A stretch of 64,000 nucleotides of DNA from the human T2T-CHM13v2.0 reference genome, Homo sapiens. The translations under genes were made by a program, and so were the position numbers. The DNA is taken from assembly GCF_009914755.1 (NCBI RefSeq), contig NC_060935.1; one strand, written 5' to 3'. Position 1 is the stretch's first letter. The number at the start of each line of letters is the position of its first letter. Under the pieces are notes generated by a model that saw nothing but the letters and a program-made list of their open reading frames with translations, ran no database searches and was not told where the DNA came from. Shown one piece after another: positions 25,127 to 38,050 of the stretch.

Positions 25127-25513
25127 TATCTTAGTCAGTTTGGGCTGCTTTGCCAAAATACCAGCGACTGGGTTTTTTCAACAACAAACATTAATTTCTC
25201 ATAGTACTGGAGGCTAGGGAGTCCACAGTTAAGGCCCTAGTAGCTTCAGTGTTTGGTGAGGGCCTGCTTCCTGGTTTACTGTCCTCTCACTATATCTTCA
25301 GATGGCCCTTTTGTGGTGCATGCATATGGAAGAAAAGAGATGTCTTGTCTCTTTCTCTTTCTATAAGGGCATTAATCTCATTATAAGGTCCCACTTTCAC
25401 TACATAATCTAATCCTCTTCATATTCCAAAAGCCCACCTCCAAATACCATCACATTGGGGCTTAGGGTGTCAATATATGAATTTGAGGGAAACAGAAACA
25501 ATAATCCATAGCA
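25127..25513 (-). mobile_element. MLT1A-like MaLR solo LTR nested in a minus-strand MIR (~25030-25640)
   Basis: tatcttagtcagtttgggctgc...ctggaggctagggagtcca...aaataccatcacattgggg...tatgaatttgaggg...ccatagca; TSD atacc (25122-26) / gtacc (25514-18); MIR core resumes after it. Confidence 0.85.
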
Positions 25514-26423
25514 GTACCTATTTTAAGAAAACTAATGCTAAAAGCAGTGAAGGACCTTGCCCCAAGTTAGGTGGTAAGAAACAGGGCCTGATTTTAAAAC
25601 CAGAACTTACTCTCCATTGAGACCACACTCTTACACACAGAGCATCAGTAAAAGTCATGTCTACATAGAACACCAAACCTAGGATGAGAACCACTGATAA
25701 TTCCTCTGCCAAAGAAACTCAAAGCCATTTCTGCCAGAAAAATAAGCCCAGCATATAAGAGGAACTGCACATTTTGAACATTATTTTCTCATCTCTGAGA
25801 CTGTTCAGCCAGATTTAATGGACCAAGGAGAAAAAGCAGATGAGTAACTGCTTGACCCTTTTGCCCTCTCCATGCCTGCCTTTCTTCCATCTATCTAGAC
25901 CTTAAATAAAACATGGGACTAGTCTATTTGCAAAGTGCTGTCCTTGGTGCTGAGGATGGAAAATGAACAAATTAGGCACAGCCCTTTGCTTTCATGGAGG
26001 ATTTTTTTTTCTTCCTCTTCTTCGCTCTATACTTTTTCTGTTCTCTCCTAACTACCATTTCCCCATTCACCCTGGAAGGAAGCTAGTTTTTCCTATGATA
26101 ATTAGCCTTGTCTTCCCTTGGTCTGTGAAATGAATGCATGGTCTCACTTCATATTGGTTGCATAAACTCTCCCTCTACCTCTTTTCCTTTATTTTGTAAT
26201 TTTCCTTTCATCTCTTATTTTATCTCACCATCTCTAGCATCAGCATAAACATAACATATGATTTTATATCAAATGTTCAAGAGGTTCTAATCTTGTTACA
26301 AGTGTGTAAGAAACTACATATGTTATAGGTAAGACAGTTAACACAATAATTACCCATATCATAAAAGAAGCAGAATATCTGAGACTCACTTTCTACTCTG
26401 TCCAGTGTGGGGTTGGATGAGAT

Positions 26424-26604
26424 CAATGGGGGTTCTTCAGCCTGGAAGCACATTAGAATCACCTGACGAGCTTGAAGACTCAGCAGTGCTTGAGCTGCAC
26501 TCCCAGGGACCCTTACTTAATTGACAAAGTGTGAGTACTCAGGATTGGTATTTTGAAAAATCTCCCCAAGAGATTTTAATGGCAGCCAGGCTGGAGAACC
26601 ACTG
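26424..26604. mobile_element. MER5-type hAT-Charlie MITE
   Basis: gcacattagaatcacctg...gattttaatggcagccaggctggagaaccactg. Confidence 0.8.
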
Positions 26605-26849
26605 GACTGGACCATTCCTTTAGGTATTTTCTGGCTTTAGGATTCAGTCACCTCTAAATGTATCTTTTAAAAACAGATGCTAGAAGTATCACTGTTTTGA
26701 AGGCCCACATTTCATCCCCACACCTTATTTTGGTTAATTAGCTTTTGTGGTGAGGATGCACTATAGCATGGTGAAGGTGAAGGTTTTGACATGGAGTTAG
26801 GTGGTGCTGCATAAAATGTTTCCTGAGTAGAGCAGGGTTTTTTGTTTGT

Positions 26850-27760
26850 TTTTTTTTTCTCCTACCTTGCTGCCATTCATCATCGACTGCAACATCTTTT
26901 CTCTCTGCTTTCTGCTAATCTCATCTCTATTCCATCTTCCACACACTTGCCAAGAATGATTAATCTTTAAAAAATCCAATCTGATCTTATCTCTCCTCTA
27001 TGTTTCTCTCCCCTTCAATAATTATTTCCCTTAGGATCAAATGCAAACTTCTTGGGTATGTCACCCAAGAATCTGTCTCCATCTCTCAACTTATGACATT
27101 CACAATACATATATCAAACTTATTAAACCAATCTATTAAAGCACTTACTATGTATCACACACTTTTTAGAGTGCTTAAATGTATTAATTTACTGAAGCCT
27201 CACCACAACCCTAAGTGTTAGATTATCACTATTCTCCATTGTACCAATGAAGAAACTAAGACTCACAGAGATTCACTAACTTCCCAATGGCACACAGCTA
27301 GAATTTCATAGTCTTGGGATTCAAAATCTGACATTCTTTTCCCAAATCCTGTGCTTCTTGATGAGTATGTGTTAATACCTGCCTTACATAACCCATCAAA
27401 GTTCACTTGTTTTCCTTCTATTTTGAATGTTTATCTTCCATCAGATCTTCGAGTACTGATCAATATCTGTGATCTTTGAAGGTCCAGTTGTGTTACCATT
27501 CCCGGAAGCAGTCCCTAAGCCCTCACCCTTCCTCACTCAAGATTTAGGGCTTCTTCTCTACTATCCAGGCACATTGTTTCAACATCTGTGTTCTGGCATT
27601 TATTGCACTATATTGTAATTTTCTATTAAAGTATCTCCCTTAAAGCAGAGTAAAATCCAGTCTGTGAAATCCTTGAAGGCAGCAAATATGTCTTTTATCT
27701 CTGTATTACTATCCTCCACCACATTGAAGAGTGAAGTCCCCAATATGAAATGTTCTTTTA
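26850..27760 (+). mobile_element. L2 fragments interrupted by a minus-strand MIR (~27125-27360)
   Basis: aatctttaaaaaatccaatctgatc; MIR agcacttactatgt...gaagaaactaagactcacagag...cacacagcta; L2 end tgtgaaatccttgaaggcagcaaatatgtctttt. Confidence 0.65.
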
Positions 27761-27764
27761 GTAA

Positions 27765-27865
27765 TATTGCGATACAATTTATCATCTAACCCAGGAAATT
27801 TTGGAAGGTGCTATTAATAATTTTCCTGTGATGATAGGTATGAACCTGGATGGATGGTCACCTTA
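27765..27865. mobile_element. MER81-like hAT-Blackjack relic
   Basis: acaatttatcatctaacccagga...tgctattaataatt...atggtcacctta. Confidence 0.5.
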
Positions 27866-28339
27866 TTTTTAAAACTGCTTTCTAAGGTGATTTTTCTAAT
27901 GCCTTATCTACCAAATCCTCCCAGAAATAATACAGAAAATGTTCTGCCTTTAAGTATTTTTTTATTTTGTGAGTCAGATTGTACAAATTCTCCAAGATAT
28001 GAATGCTTATAATTCCTCAACATCTACACCTTTGCTTGTAGCTTAGTGTAAGAATTAGTAATTGAATGGAATCAGTATCTTGTTAAAGGAGGTGGTACTT
28101 AGTTAAAATGACAAATGAATGGTGTTTTTGAGGGAAAGTTCTTGAAGTTGACGATCTTATATTTAAGTTTATTGCTGATTGACATGTACACATATTGCAA
28201 TGTTTGAGGATCAGTGAAGTAGAACCTTCTTTCTGTGTCTTATTTCTGCTGGAAGTGCTCCAAGGAATGATTCTGCATCGCTCTGCACAACTCATTTCTG
28301 AGTCCCTCCAGGAGAACACTTGTGGATGATCAGATTGAT

Positions 28340-28560
28340 CCTGGCTTAGTGATTAAGAGTGTGGTATTGGTACTTGAGTGTATGGGGTTCACTCCTCCCA
28401 TTAGCTGTGTGATCTTGGATGGATTACTTAACTGTGCTTCAGTTTCTTTATCTGTAAAATATTACAGTAGCTATCACATATAGAATTTTGTGCATTAAGT
28501 TAATATCTAAAAATACTTAGGTCAGTGCCTGGGATTTGGTAGGTTCTATATAAGTATATC
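28340..28560 (+). mobile_element. MIR
   Basis: tagtgattaagagtgtgg...tagctgtgtgatcttgg...tacttaactgtgcttcagtttctttatctgtaaaat. Confidence 0.75.
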
Positions 28561-28779
28561 CTAATTAAATAAATGGATAGTGTCACTGTAAACATAAAGG
28601 CATTCTTCTCTTTTCCACCCACATGAGGGGAGATAGAGATGTCTTCCTATGCATAACTACTCCACTTCTCTCATATATGACACCTGTCCATATATTTTTC
28701 TCTGCATCTGGCTGAGTGTGTTGGTCATCACTTCAAGTTTCTATGCCACAGGGCCTCCAGCAGATAATATAATTTTGAG

Positions 28780-28938
28780 GTTTAAATCATCTAGAAATAA
28801 TTTAAAGTAGACAGGAGGATGTGTGTAGGTTATATGCAAATGGTACACCATTTTATATGAGGGGCTTGAGCATCTGTGGATTTTGGTATCTGTAGGAATC
28901 CTGGAACCATTCCTCTGTAGATACCAAGGGATGACTGT
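28780..28938 (+). mobile_element. MER2 (TcMar-Tigger) 3' half
   Basis: ggaggatgtgtgtaggttatatgcaaat...cttgagcatctgtggattttggtatc...gataccaagggatgactgt. Confidence 0.85.
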
Positions 28939-29689
28939 GGCCAGCTAATGAAAAGTGTTACTTTCCATCTAATATATAAGTTCTTTAGGATTATTTGGAG
29001 AGAAAGGACATTTAGCAGTACAAGATTTGAAAATTCTTTGCGCCTTTAACTAATCTCATATTATATCATTAAAACCATATGCTTTTATTGACTGAAGAGC
29101 ATTAAGTAGTGATAGATCAAAGAAAGATCAGGTAGCCTACAAACTTATAATTACTCTGTTACCATCACTGGAAGGCATTTCTGATTTTCCAGATTATGGT
29201 CTTTCTTTTATCACCTTCATGGATTTTACCTTATTTGAGAACCACCTGCACTACAATTTTCCTCAGTTTTCTTTATATTCCATATTTGAAAACTTAAATA
29301 TGTTTAAAGAAAACACTATGTCACTACTATAAATGTAGGAGCAAAATTGCCATTTAGCTTATCATAAATAGAAGATAGCCTAAAAATAAATATGATGACA
29401 AGAAAAGAGTGATTAAGCAGATACTCCTGCTTGCCAACATGTTGAGTCCCAGGTTCGCTCCCCTTTTATTGCAAAAATACCTTAGCACATTTTTGTAAGT
29501 AAATGTGTCCCAGCACCAAAGGGAGACTGTCTTCTAGAGTTGATCTAAAAGGCTGAATGAAACAGGGAATAATTTTTTCAGCATGAGATTCAGTGGTATT
29601 TAGTGCTTTTTCTTTTCATAAATCTCTTGTAGACATCTCACATTTTGGGAAATATTGAGAGGAATAGGAAAGAAGCAAAGCAACATAAT

Positions 29690-29910
29690 ATAAAGACTAA
29701 AGACTTTGAGGTATGAGTATTGTTTTCGAATTGTGTCTCTGTCACTTAACATGTAGTTTGATCTTACAAAGTATTTTCCTTTTCTGAGATTGTTTCCATC
29801 TCCAAACATTGAAGACCACATCTACAGCAGGGATTTAGTGACAATCACATTAGACAATGTATGTAAAAGTTCCTCCCACACTAAGCCTCAAACATTCAGG
29901 GTTTAGTAAA
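29690..29910 (+). mobile_element. MIR, diverged
   Basis: ctctgtcactta...tctgagattgtttccatct...attagacaatgtatgtaaaag. Confidence 0.5.
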
Positions 29911-30089
29911 TAATTTACTTTTTCTAAATTTATTTAAAATTTATATAGGAAAATTAGCTTTTTCTATATCCAGCTCCCAAGATTTTAGGAGTAGTAAAGA
30001 CTTGCTTTCCTAATTCTATATTGGATCATATCTGAATACTCTAGAGATACCACCTGGTTCATCACCCATAATATCTCTTTTGCTAATTG

Positions 30090-30770
30090 GAAAAAAATTC
30101 CTAAGAGCCTAATACGAACCAGACATTGTGGTAGGAACTAAGTTACAGAAGTGAGTGATTAAACACTTGTCGGCAAAAGGTCTAATGGCAGAAGGAAGTA
30201 AACAGAAAATTATAATACCATATTTAATCAGTTCTGGTTAGCCCATTTTTTTTTCATATTTTCACATTTATGTGAAATGTGCCTTATATTTGATGCCATC
30301 TTGTAAAGATGAAAATGGTAAGTACTATTTTGGAGAGAAGTCCCTGGACTTCTGGTGCTCTTGGCAGGGCAGGAGAAAGTAGCCCTCAGAAAAAGCACTC
30401 CAAAGGAGGAGTTGCTTAGTGATATGGACCAAGGGAGGAGGAAATTGGCAAGAAAGGGAGTGGCATGTGCAAAGACATAGCCATGTAAGGGATCATGTTC
30501 AGGGCCCATGAAGCATTCTGTGCAGCAGCAGCATGAGGGGAGAATGAGGGGATGGACCATGAGGCTAAAAGGTGAGTTATAGGTCAGATCATGGAGAGCC
30601 AGGGTAAGGGATCTGGACTTTTTTCTGAAGAATAAGAAATCCTTTAAGCAAGGATCTGGGATGACTTGATTTGCAATATCCATAGATTTCACTGGGTCAC
30701 TGGCATGGAAGAAAGTAGGCAACTACACTGAGGAGCAAAATGAGGAAGAGACTTATCAGAAATCAAAATC
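30090..30770 (-). mobile_element. L2 3' region
   Basis: gagcctaatacgaaccagacattgtggtagg; ggcatgtgcaaagac; ggtcagatcatggagagcc...gtaagggatctggactttt. Confidence 0.65.
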
Positions 30771-32189
30771 CAACCCACCTCTCTGAAGTGAACTAATCAA
30801 GGAAATGCTCTGGAGAGGAGGTCACCTCAGTGTCATCCTGAGGGGTCAGAGCAGGAGCCAGCATGCTCTAGACATGAATCTGTGGCACTGGGTGGCTGGG
30901 CTGTTTGCCTGGACTCACCCTAAGTCAACAGAGGCTGTATTTCCATCACCATTTCCGGGCAAGCTTGTGCTTCTGGCATCATCTCCATGTGCCCTGGGGG
31001 CAAATTTAGCTGAGTTTTGAATGTGTGAATGCCCCATTATATCTGAGTGTCTGAAAATCTCTCTCTTCACAAACATGCACTGAACAAACAGAATCTGTTC
31101 TCAATAGGAAACAACTGTGCCACTGGAGTTGGCAGGAGGAAGTTGGAAAGAAAGCAAGTCACAGCTCTGCTGCCTACCAAGCTGCCTCTTCCAGCTTCCT
31201 GTTGAAGGCCCCTTTGGTTCTCTCTCCACAAACCAGAGGGAAAATGCTGGGTATTCGCATTCACAACTTCAATTGTTTCAAATTAAACTCCCCCAGGAGC
31301 CGAATTACCTGAGCTAATGTATCTCATTATTGTGCCTCAGTGCAATCTAAGAGGTTTCAGATAAGATTTCCTGAAGATAGCCATTATTCCTTCATCTGTT
31401 CAAAAATAAGGCACTTGCAAAATTGCAATCATGTTCACCACAGAAAGTGTTGCTTTGTTTGGTTTCATAAAAGTAGTGGGTAGAAAGAACATATTGACAA
31501 CAAAATAGAAAAAGAAAGGTCTAGAAAAAAATAGTCTCCACCACATCCGTTAAATATTTTATTGAAGCCCCTTGTATTTTTAGGGCCTGACAGAAAACCT
31601 TTGTTGAGCAGCATGCAGAACAGTGTTGCCTGGGCCTGCCTCGCTAGGGAGAGCCCAAGAGGCATGAATTCAAGCAGACCTGGGATTAAATCATGGTACT
31701 GTCACTTACTAATTAAGTTTTTCTTTTTAAGCAAGTCACTTAAGTTACTCAGAACTCAGCTTTCCACTCCCACAGAATATGTGTTAGGAAAATATAATAT
31801 GCTACTATAAACTGCTCCATAATAATAGGACTCTAAAGGATAAAAATTGTTCAAGAAAAATTTGAAGAAGGCAGTCTCTGGCTTTTAATTCTGCGAATTA
31901 ACTTGAAAAATATTGAGATCTATTATATGTGGCAGGTAGGTTTGTTGAGTGTGTGTGTGCATGCATGCGTGTTTGTTGGGGTGAGGGGAGCAGTGAGATT
32001 GAGAAGGTGCATTGCAGGTAGAAGAAACAGGATACGTAAAATCTCTACAAAAAGAAGGTGCATCCAAGTTTGAGGATTTAAAAAGGCTCATGTGACAGTA
32101 ATGCTGAAAAATGAATTAGAAAAATTAGACTATACAGGGTGAGTTGGGACCAGGAATGCTCATCATTTAGTGCTTTATAAAACTGGTAT

Positions 32190-32680
32190 TTATCTCATTC
32201 CCTGGAGGGAATAGATGGGACACTCAGGTTAAAACAATTTAGGGAAATTTGAGGAAGATAAATAAAGGGACTGTTTATAAAGGTGTCAGCAAGGTGCAAT
32301 GAAATCACTAGTGATAGTGCACCATTGGGGCCTACTTACCAGACCTAAAACAAAGGGATAATGGGAGGGAGCAATGGCCTTGAAGAGACCCAGGGATACG
32401 AAAGTTTGAATGAAGAAGGGCTCTGACAGCAGAGTTTGTGAAAGGAACACAGACAGCCCTACAGGAAGGAAACTCAACAAAGCCATAAATATTCTGACCT
32501 CACTTGCCTTCCTCTGTCTATCCTCTTGCTGGTACCTTCCACTGACTGAATTCTACCGCAGCCAAAGGCAAAAGAGCCTACTGATGCCATGATCCACTTG
32601 TGTCAGCTCCCAAGGCACTAGCCAGGGCAAGGAAAAAGGGAGAGTGGGTCTGGAGGAACAAATGAAAGGGACATTCTTTC
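32190..32680 (-). mobile_element. LTR33-like ERVL solo LTR
   Basis: taaataaagggactgtttataaaggtg; ataaatattctgacctcacttgccttcc...gtcagctcccaaggcac...ggagagtgggtctggaggaacaaatgaaag. Confidence 0.7.
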
Positions 32681-32809
32681 TAAAGGAATATGTCTAATCA
32701 AATGGCAAAGAGAAGCTTCTAGCCTCAAAATCCTTTGCCTTCTAGCACCCATGGTTCTCATGCTGACAGGTACTTCTCCACTCTGATTGCTTGAGTTGAT
32801 GGCCTGTAC

Positions 32810-32980
32810 TAAGCACTTGTTGGCTAAGTAACCATAAACAAGTCATATCATCTCTCAGTTTCTTCATCTATAAAATATGAATAACAATAGTAATTTTGAT
32901 TGGGATTATTGAAAGGATAAATGCAATAATACATTGAAAACATGTAAAACAGTGTCTGACAAATAGTAGGCACTACAAAA
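32810..32980 (+). mobile_element. MIR
   Basis: caagtcatatcatctctcagtttcttcatctataaaat...gaaaggataaatgcaataatac...aacagtgtctgacaaatagtaggcact. Confidence 0.7.
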
Positions 32981-35900
32981 ATGCTTCCTCTCCTGACTCA
33001 GATTATTGACATTTCAAAGAATAAGGAACAAAAGTTTAAGAGACTTTTCCAAAAACATCATATAACTAGCCAATGTGAGAACTCAGAGAGAGAGACAGAG
33101 AGAGAGAGAAAGAGATTCCACTTCAAAATAGCAAGTCTAATAATGGTAATCTACACTCTCCCTGACCACTCTCCTACACTGTGAATTCCTTTAAGGCAAG
33201 CATTATGTCTCGTTCATTTTGCATCTCAGGAACCCATTACGCACAAGAGTTTTTTCTCAGACAGTGTTTGATGAATGAGTATATAAAGCACAGTGACAGA
33301 AGGTATAGAAGTAATTACTGGAGGACAGAGGAGAACTTTCCTTGCAAGTCGAAAATCCTTCTCTCTTGTCTTGTATAACTAATTCTATAAATAACAAGAT
33401 ATAACTTGGCTTTTTCAACAAGGTACTGAGATTCAGTAATATATTGTAAAAAATTAACATATTGTATGATTACTCTGAGGTCCATTATTTTTGTTGAATA
33501 TTTGAATCACCATTTCTGAAGTAGCCCCGTCTCCAGGACATCCCATATATGTCCTACAAGCAGAGATGATCTATATCTTGTAGGAGCATGTTAGAGCCAA
33601 CATTCTCTGCAGTCTAGGGTGTTTGTTATGGTTTGGTAGAGAAATGATGTCTTATTTAACATATGTTTTTAGTGGTCTCATTGGAGTTTTATTTATTTCA
33701 TCTTGCACTGAAAGTATGACGACAGCCTGGGGCTTCTCTGTGAAATTGAGTCTGAAAGTGTATTACCAAGGTGATCATCTTAACATCTTACTTGCATGGA
33801 AATAAGGTAGGATTCTTAAATTATAGTAGAGGCAACTCAGTCATCTTAGGGTTAAAATGGTCTTATAATGAATACTGTTCGTAGTTTGATGCCCATAAAA
33901 CCACACAGAAAATAGACTAGGAGTCAGGAGACACGGGCCATGTCATTGATAGTCAGACAGTTGTTTCCTAAACATTGAATAGTTGTCAGTTTGGCTTCAT
34001 GTGAATTCAGAGTAATAACTTGCCTTGCCACCATCTCAGCAATGACATTAGAATCAGATGCAATTTTATCTGTGAACATGCTGTGAATAATATAAAGAAT
34101 AATGTAAAGCCAAAGTTATTATTCTTCTGTTTACTGTATTTGACAAATATACATTCTTTTTCCTATGTGGTATCTTTGATATTCAGTGAGGTTTGTTTCT
34201 TCCGTTTGGTCAAGGCCTGGGGCTATGACAAGTGTAGGTAGGCTCCAGTTTACAAAAAGGAATAACTGCCTTCTATTCCCTTCTAGATTTGGGTAGATAT
34301 TAGTAGGTTTATGGCAAAATTTTGGAATATTCACAGCTTGCAATTGTATACCAGAAAGCATACTGCTATATTGTGCCTCTTAGTCACAGTGAACATTTAG
34401 TTTAAAAAAACAAATATTTATTAATCACGTATTAAAAGTCAGGTGCTGCATTAGCTAAGGGGTCTCTAAATAAAATTAATAAAATTTGCTGTTTCCTAGG
34501 GATGTTCATGGCTTATTACGGTGCAGTGCAGATATAGAGTAAGAACTTTGGGTAGATAACCTGATGTCTCTCCATACCTCCATTTCCATCATGTGTAAAA
34601 TATGGATAATTATATCTACCACTTAATGTTTCTATGAAGATGAAACAAGTTTGGTCATTATAAAGCTTTAATACATTGTATGTCATGTAATAGGTGCTGA
34701 ACTAATGCTGACGAGTTGTTTATTATTAGGAAGGACACACAAAGAAACAGATCTCTCTATATCTGCTACATAGTGACAGACAGAAATGATGCTGTTATAT
34801 GAAGAATATTTACCCATCTTCTTTTACTCTCCCAGGGTGGAGGCATGTTTTCTTGTACACTCAAATATTAGAATGTCACAGACATGAATATGATGTTGCA
34901 GAAATCATAGAAAGAAAAACAACATTTTTTCTCCAGTGGGAAATACGTGTGTTTCTGTTGGTCCCTGCCAGCATATACAGGTACTCTCTGATGAAGGGAC
35001 ATTTTAGGAGACTTAAATTCATTTGGGGGCCTAAATGATTAAAATGCTACAAAAGAAAAAAATATTCCAATTATCTCTAGGAATTTCCCAAAATTTTGAT
35101 TGTTCTTCATGAAATTAAGAAGAAATTGAAAGCAAATTTCTTTCAATTGCTTTCAATTGAAAGCAAAATATATTTCAAGGACTATGCAGAAACAAGATTG
35201 ACACTTTGTAAAATTTTAAGATTTATGAATCTTATGGGCTATAATTAACTTATCAAGAATCTTTTTGAGTTCAAATAGGTGGATGTTTTTCTGTGCAAAG
35301 AACATAGATTTTAGCTTTCATATCTTTCAATTCTAATTTGATATATACTTTAGGATTTTGTTTTGTTGTTTCAGTTAACCAGTGACAAAGTGGCATAGAG
35401 AATAACTTTTGGAGAAACTTAGAAGGTGGGGAAGTCACAACAGGCTACAGTAGGCTGTGGTTTTCTTTCTAAAGGATACAGGCCATGTACTGGGTTTTTA
35501 GGGCCCATTAAGGCAGTGGTAGGTGAAAGGGGAGGGGTAGGAAGGTTTCTCAGTGAGCAGTAAAGGCATCCCTGATGTCAGGCATGCATAAAGGTGGTGG
35601 GTAGAGGGATCAGCAGACAGGCCAGCTGCAAAATGTGACATCTACATCCATCTTTGGGAAAGCATTGTGTTCATTCATGGTAAAAATGGGGGAAAATTAT
35701 TGTGGTAGAGACATTGTTAAAAAAGTGATGGAAACCTAAAGCATATATTATAGTTTACATGTATAACCATATAGTATTACAAATCTGGACAGTCCTCCAA
35801 ATCCCTATAATCTCTTCTTTGAGATGTAGTTGCAGTTTGATTATTTCCTAGATGGTAATGAATTTGCCTCTGCTGCTTGCAAGTGCATTTACAGTCACTT

Positions 35901-37060
35901 CATAAAGCCCTTAAACACACTTGTGAAGGAGCTTCATGCTCATCAGAATTAGTCTGGACTCATGTTTCCTGTGATGCATATTGACTTCATCTGTAGTACA
36001 GCTGCATCTACAACTCTGTGAAGATGCAAACTGCTAGTTCTTCCTGAGGACAAGTCAACGTGAAAAATCCCAAATGAGACTGTAAGTTCCACTAGCACTG
36101 CATGAAAAATCAGAGCCTAGATACAGGCCAAAGACCTATTTTGGACCCTAACCTCTGACTGAGTTTTCTTCAGAATTAGAATATATTTTCAAAAGGGACA
36201 TAGAATTATTTTCACAAAGATATTTTGGGGTCTGTACATCACTTGATGAAAATGAAAGATGGGGAAGGGAATTAACATTTATTGAACGACTGCAAATATA
36301 CAAGGCTTGTATGTATATTTCGCCTTCATAAAAATCCTCTGAAATAGACATAATTATGCCTTGTAAATAAAAGCATTACTAGGGCAGTGGTTGTTGTCAG
36401 TGCTTAAAATAGTACCTGTTACATACTATAATAGATGCTCAATTAGTATTTGTGAAAAAGAGTAATTGAATTGAATCTTGTAGCTGAAGAAATAGTAGTA
36501 AAGAAAAGTTAAGTACTTTTCTTAGGAACGACCTGCAGAGAGACTTTGGGCTAAGGCATGGTGCATGTGGGAAGTGAGAAAACTCAGATTGGGATGCAGG
36601 TTTATCTGACTGCAAGACATATGATTCTTCAACTATATTTTAATATCCCTCCCTGATGGCATTTTTTCATGAAAAAAAAACTATATAATTCTCAATAAGG
36701 TGGATGTTACTGATTTCTAAGTTATCTATGAAGCAGGCAGAGCTGCTGACCTCCCTGGATTATTCTACAACGAAATCCTCCCCTCCTGATCAGTAGAATA
36801 GAGATAGATTTTACACGAATCTTTGTCAGCTGCCTCAAATCCTTTTTTAGGAACAAGGATGAGAAAACATAATCACACAAATAAGTAATGCTGACGGTGT
36901 ACTGTGATTTCATTTTCATTTCAACAGGTATTTACTGTGTGCCAACTATGTTTTCCTGCTTTGGGTATGCAGTATTAGAAAAGGAAGATATAGTGGAGAA
37001 AAGATACAATTCCTGCCTGAATTTGCTCAGTTTTATTTTCGGTGGAAAGAAGAATCCAAT

Positions 37061-37211
37061 CAGTGCTTTTAAAACCTGGTTGTATATAAGAATAACCCAT
37101 GGTGTTTGCTGAAAGAACCGAATTAGACTATCTGGGTTTGGGTCTGGGAATTTCTATTTTTATCAAGAGCCCCAGATCATTCTGATGCACAGCCACATTT
37201 AGGAAACACTG
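37061..37211. mobile_element. MER5-type hAT-Charlie MITE
   Basis: TIR-like ends cagtgctttt...aggaaacactg; attctgatgcacagcca. Confidence 0.75.
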
Positions 37212-37849
37212 AATTAGATGCAAGCTAGAATCCCTTCCAGCTTTTGAATTCTATGACTTTCTATCATTACAGAACTTTCTCACAAAAATAGGGAGAAAAA
37301 AGAAATGTATGTTTCTGCCAACAGAGCATTAAGGCAAAAAAAGGATGAGAGTTTGTAAGGCAGAGATTTTGTTCTGTAAGGTCAAGGGCAGCTTGGGCCA
37401 GCACCAGCCCAAATTCTAAATGGTTCAGGCCAGATGTAGATTCCCTAGGTACTTGATAGGAAAGAGCATGGATTATGTTGGAGGGGTAGTGAAAAGTACA
37501 AAAGAGTAGGCCAGGAAGGTTTAAATGAGTGCATTTAGCATAGTGTATTGCACATAGTGAACTGTCAGTGAATTTTTGCTTAAGCGATGATTATTATTAG
37601 GGTGGTGGGTGGGTGATTAGGCTGAGCATTGAGATAGGAAAGCACCCACATTTGATCAGCAGTTAGAAAGGAGATTGAATTGGCCCCAATGAGGAATACC
37701 CAAAGGAGGTTTTAAATAAGACAAATGAAGCTGCATTCCCTCGGCATTCTATGTAGTGTGTGGGTGATTTGTATTGACTGCTTAATGCTTTCAGAGTGCT
37801 AGTCAACAATGTTAAGATACAAATATAATAAAAGAAATCAGGAGAGGCT

Positions 37850-38050
37850 TAGTATTTCTTGAGCACCCACACTGTACCAAATACTGTAAAGTGGCTTGCA
37901 TGTTAAACCATTTAATGCTTAGATTTACCCACTGAGGCAGGTGACATTAGTCTCATTTTCCAGTAGGGAAACTGAGACTCAGTTATATTTAACCCATGGT
38001 TATGTGAAAGCCATGGTCTAAACTTCAGGCTGAGTTGAGAAGTACTTACC
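37850..38050 (-). mobile_element. MIR
   Basis: ttgagcacccacactgtacca...tgaggcaggtgacattagtctcattttccagtagggaaactgagactcag. Confidence 0.7.

Noticed and set aside
30228-30722. 164-aa minus-strand ORF
   Set aside because: Within a decayed L2; no ATG start or recognisable protein motif.
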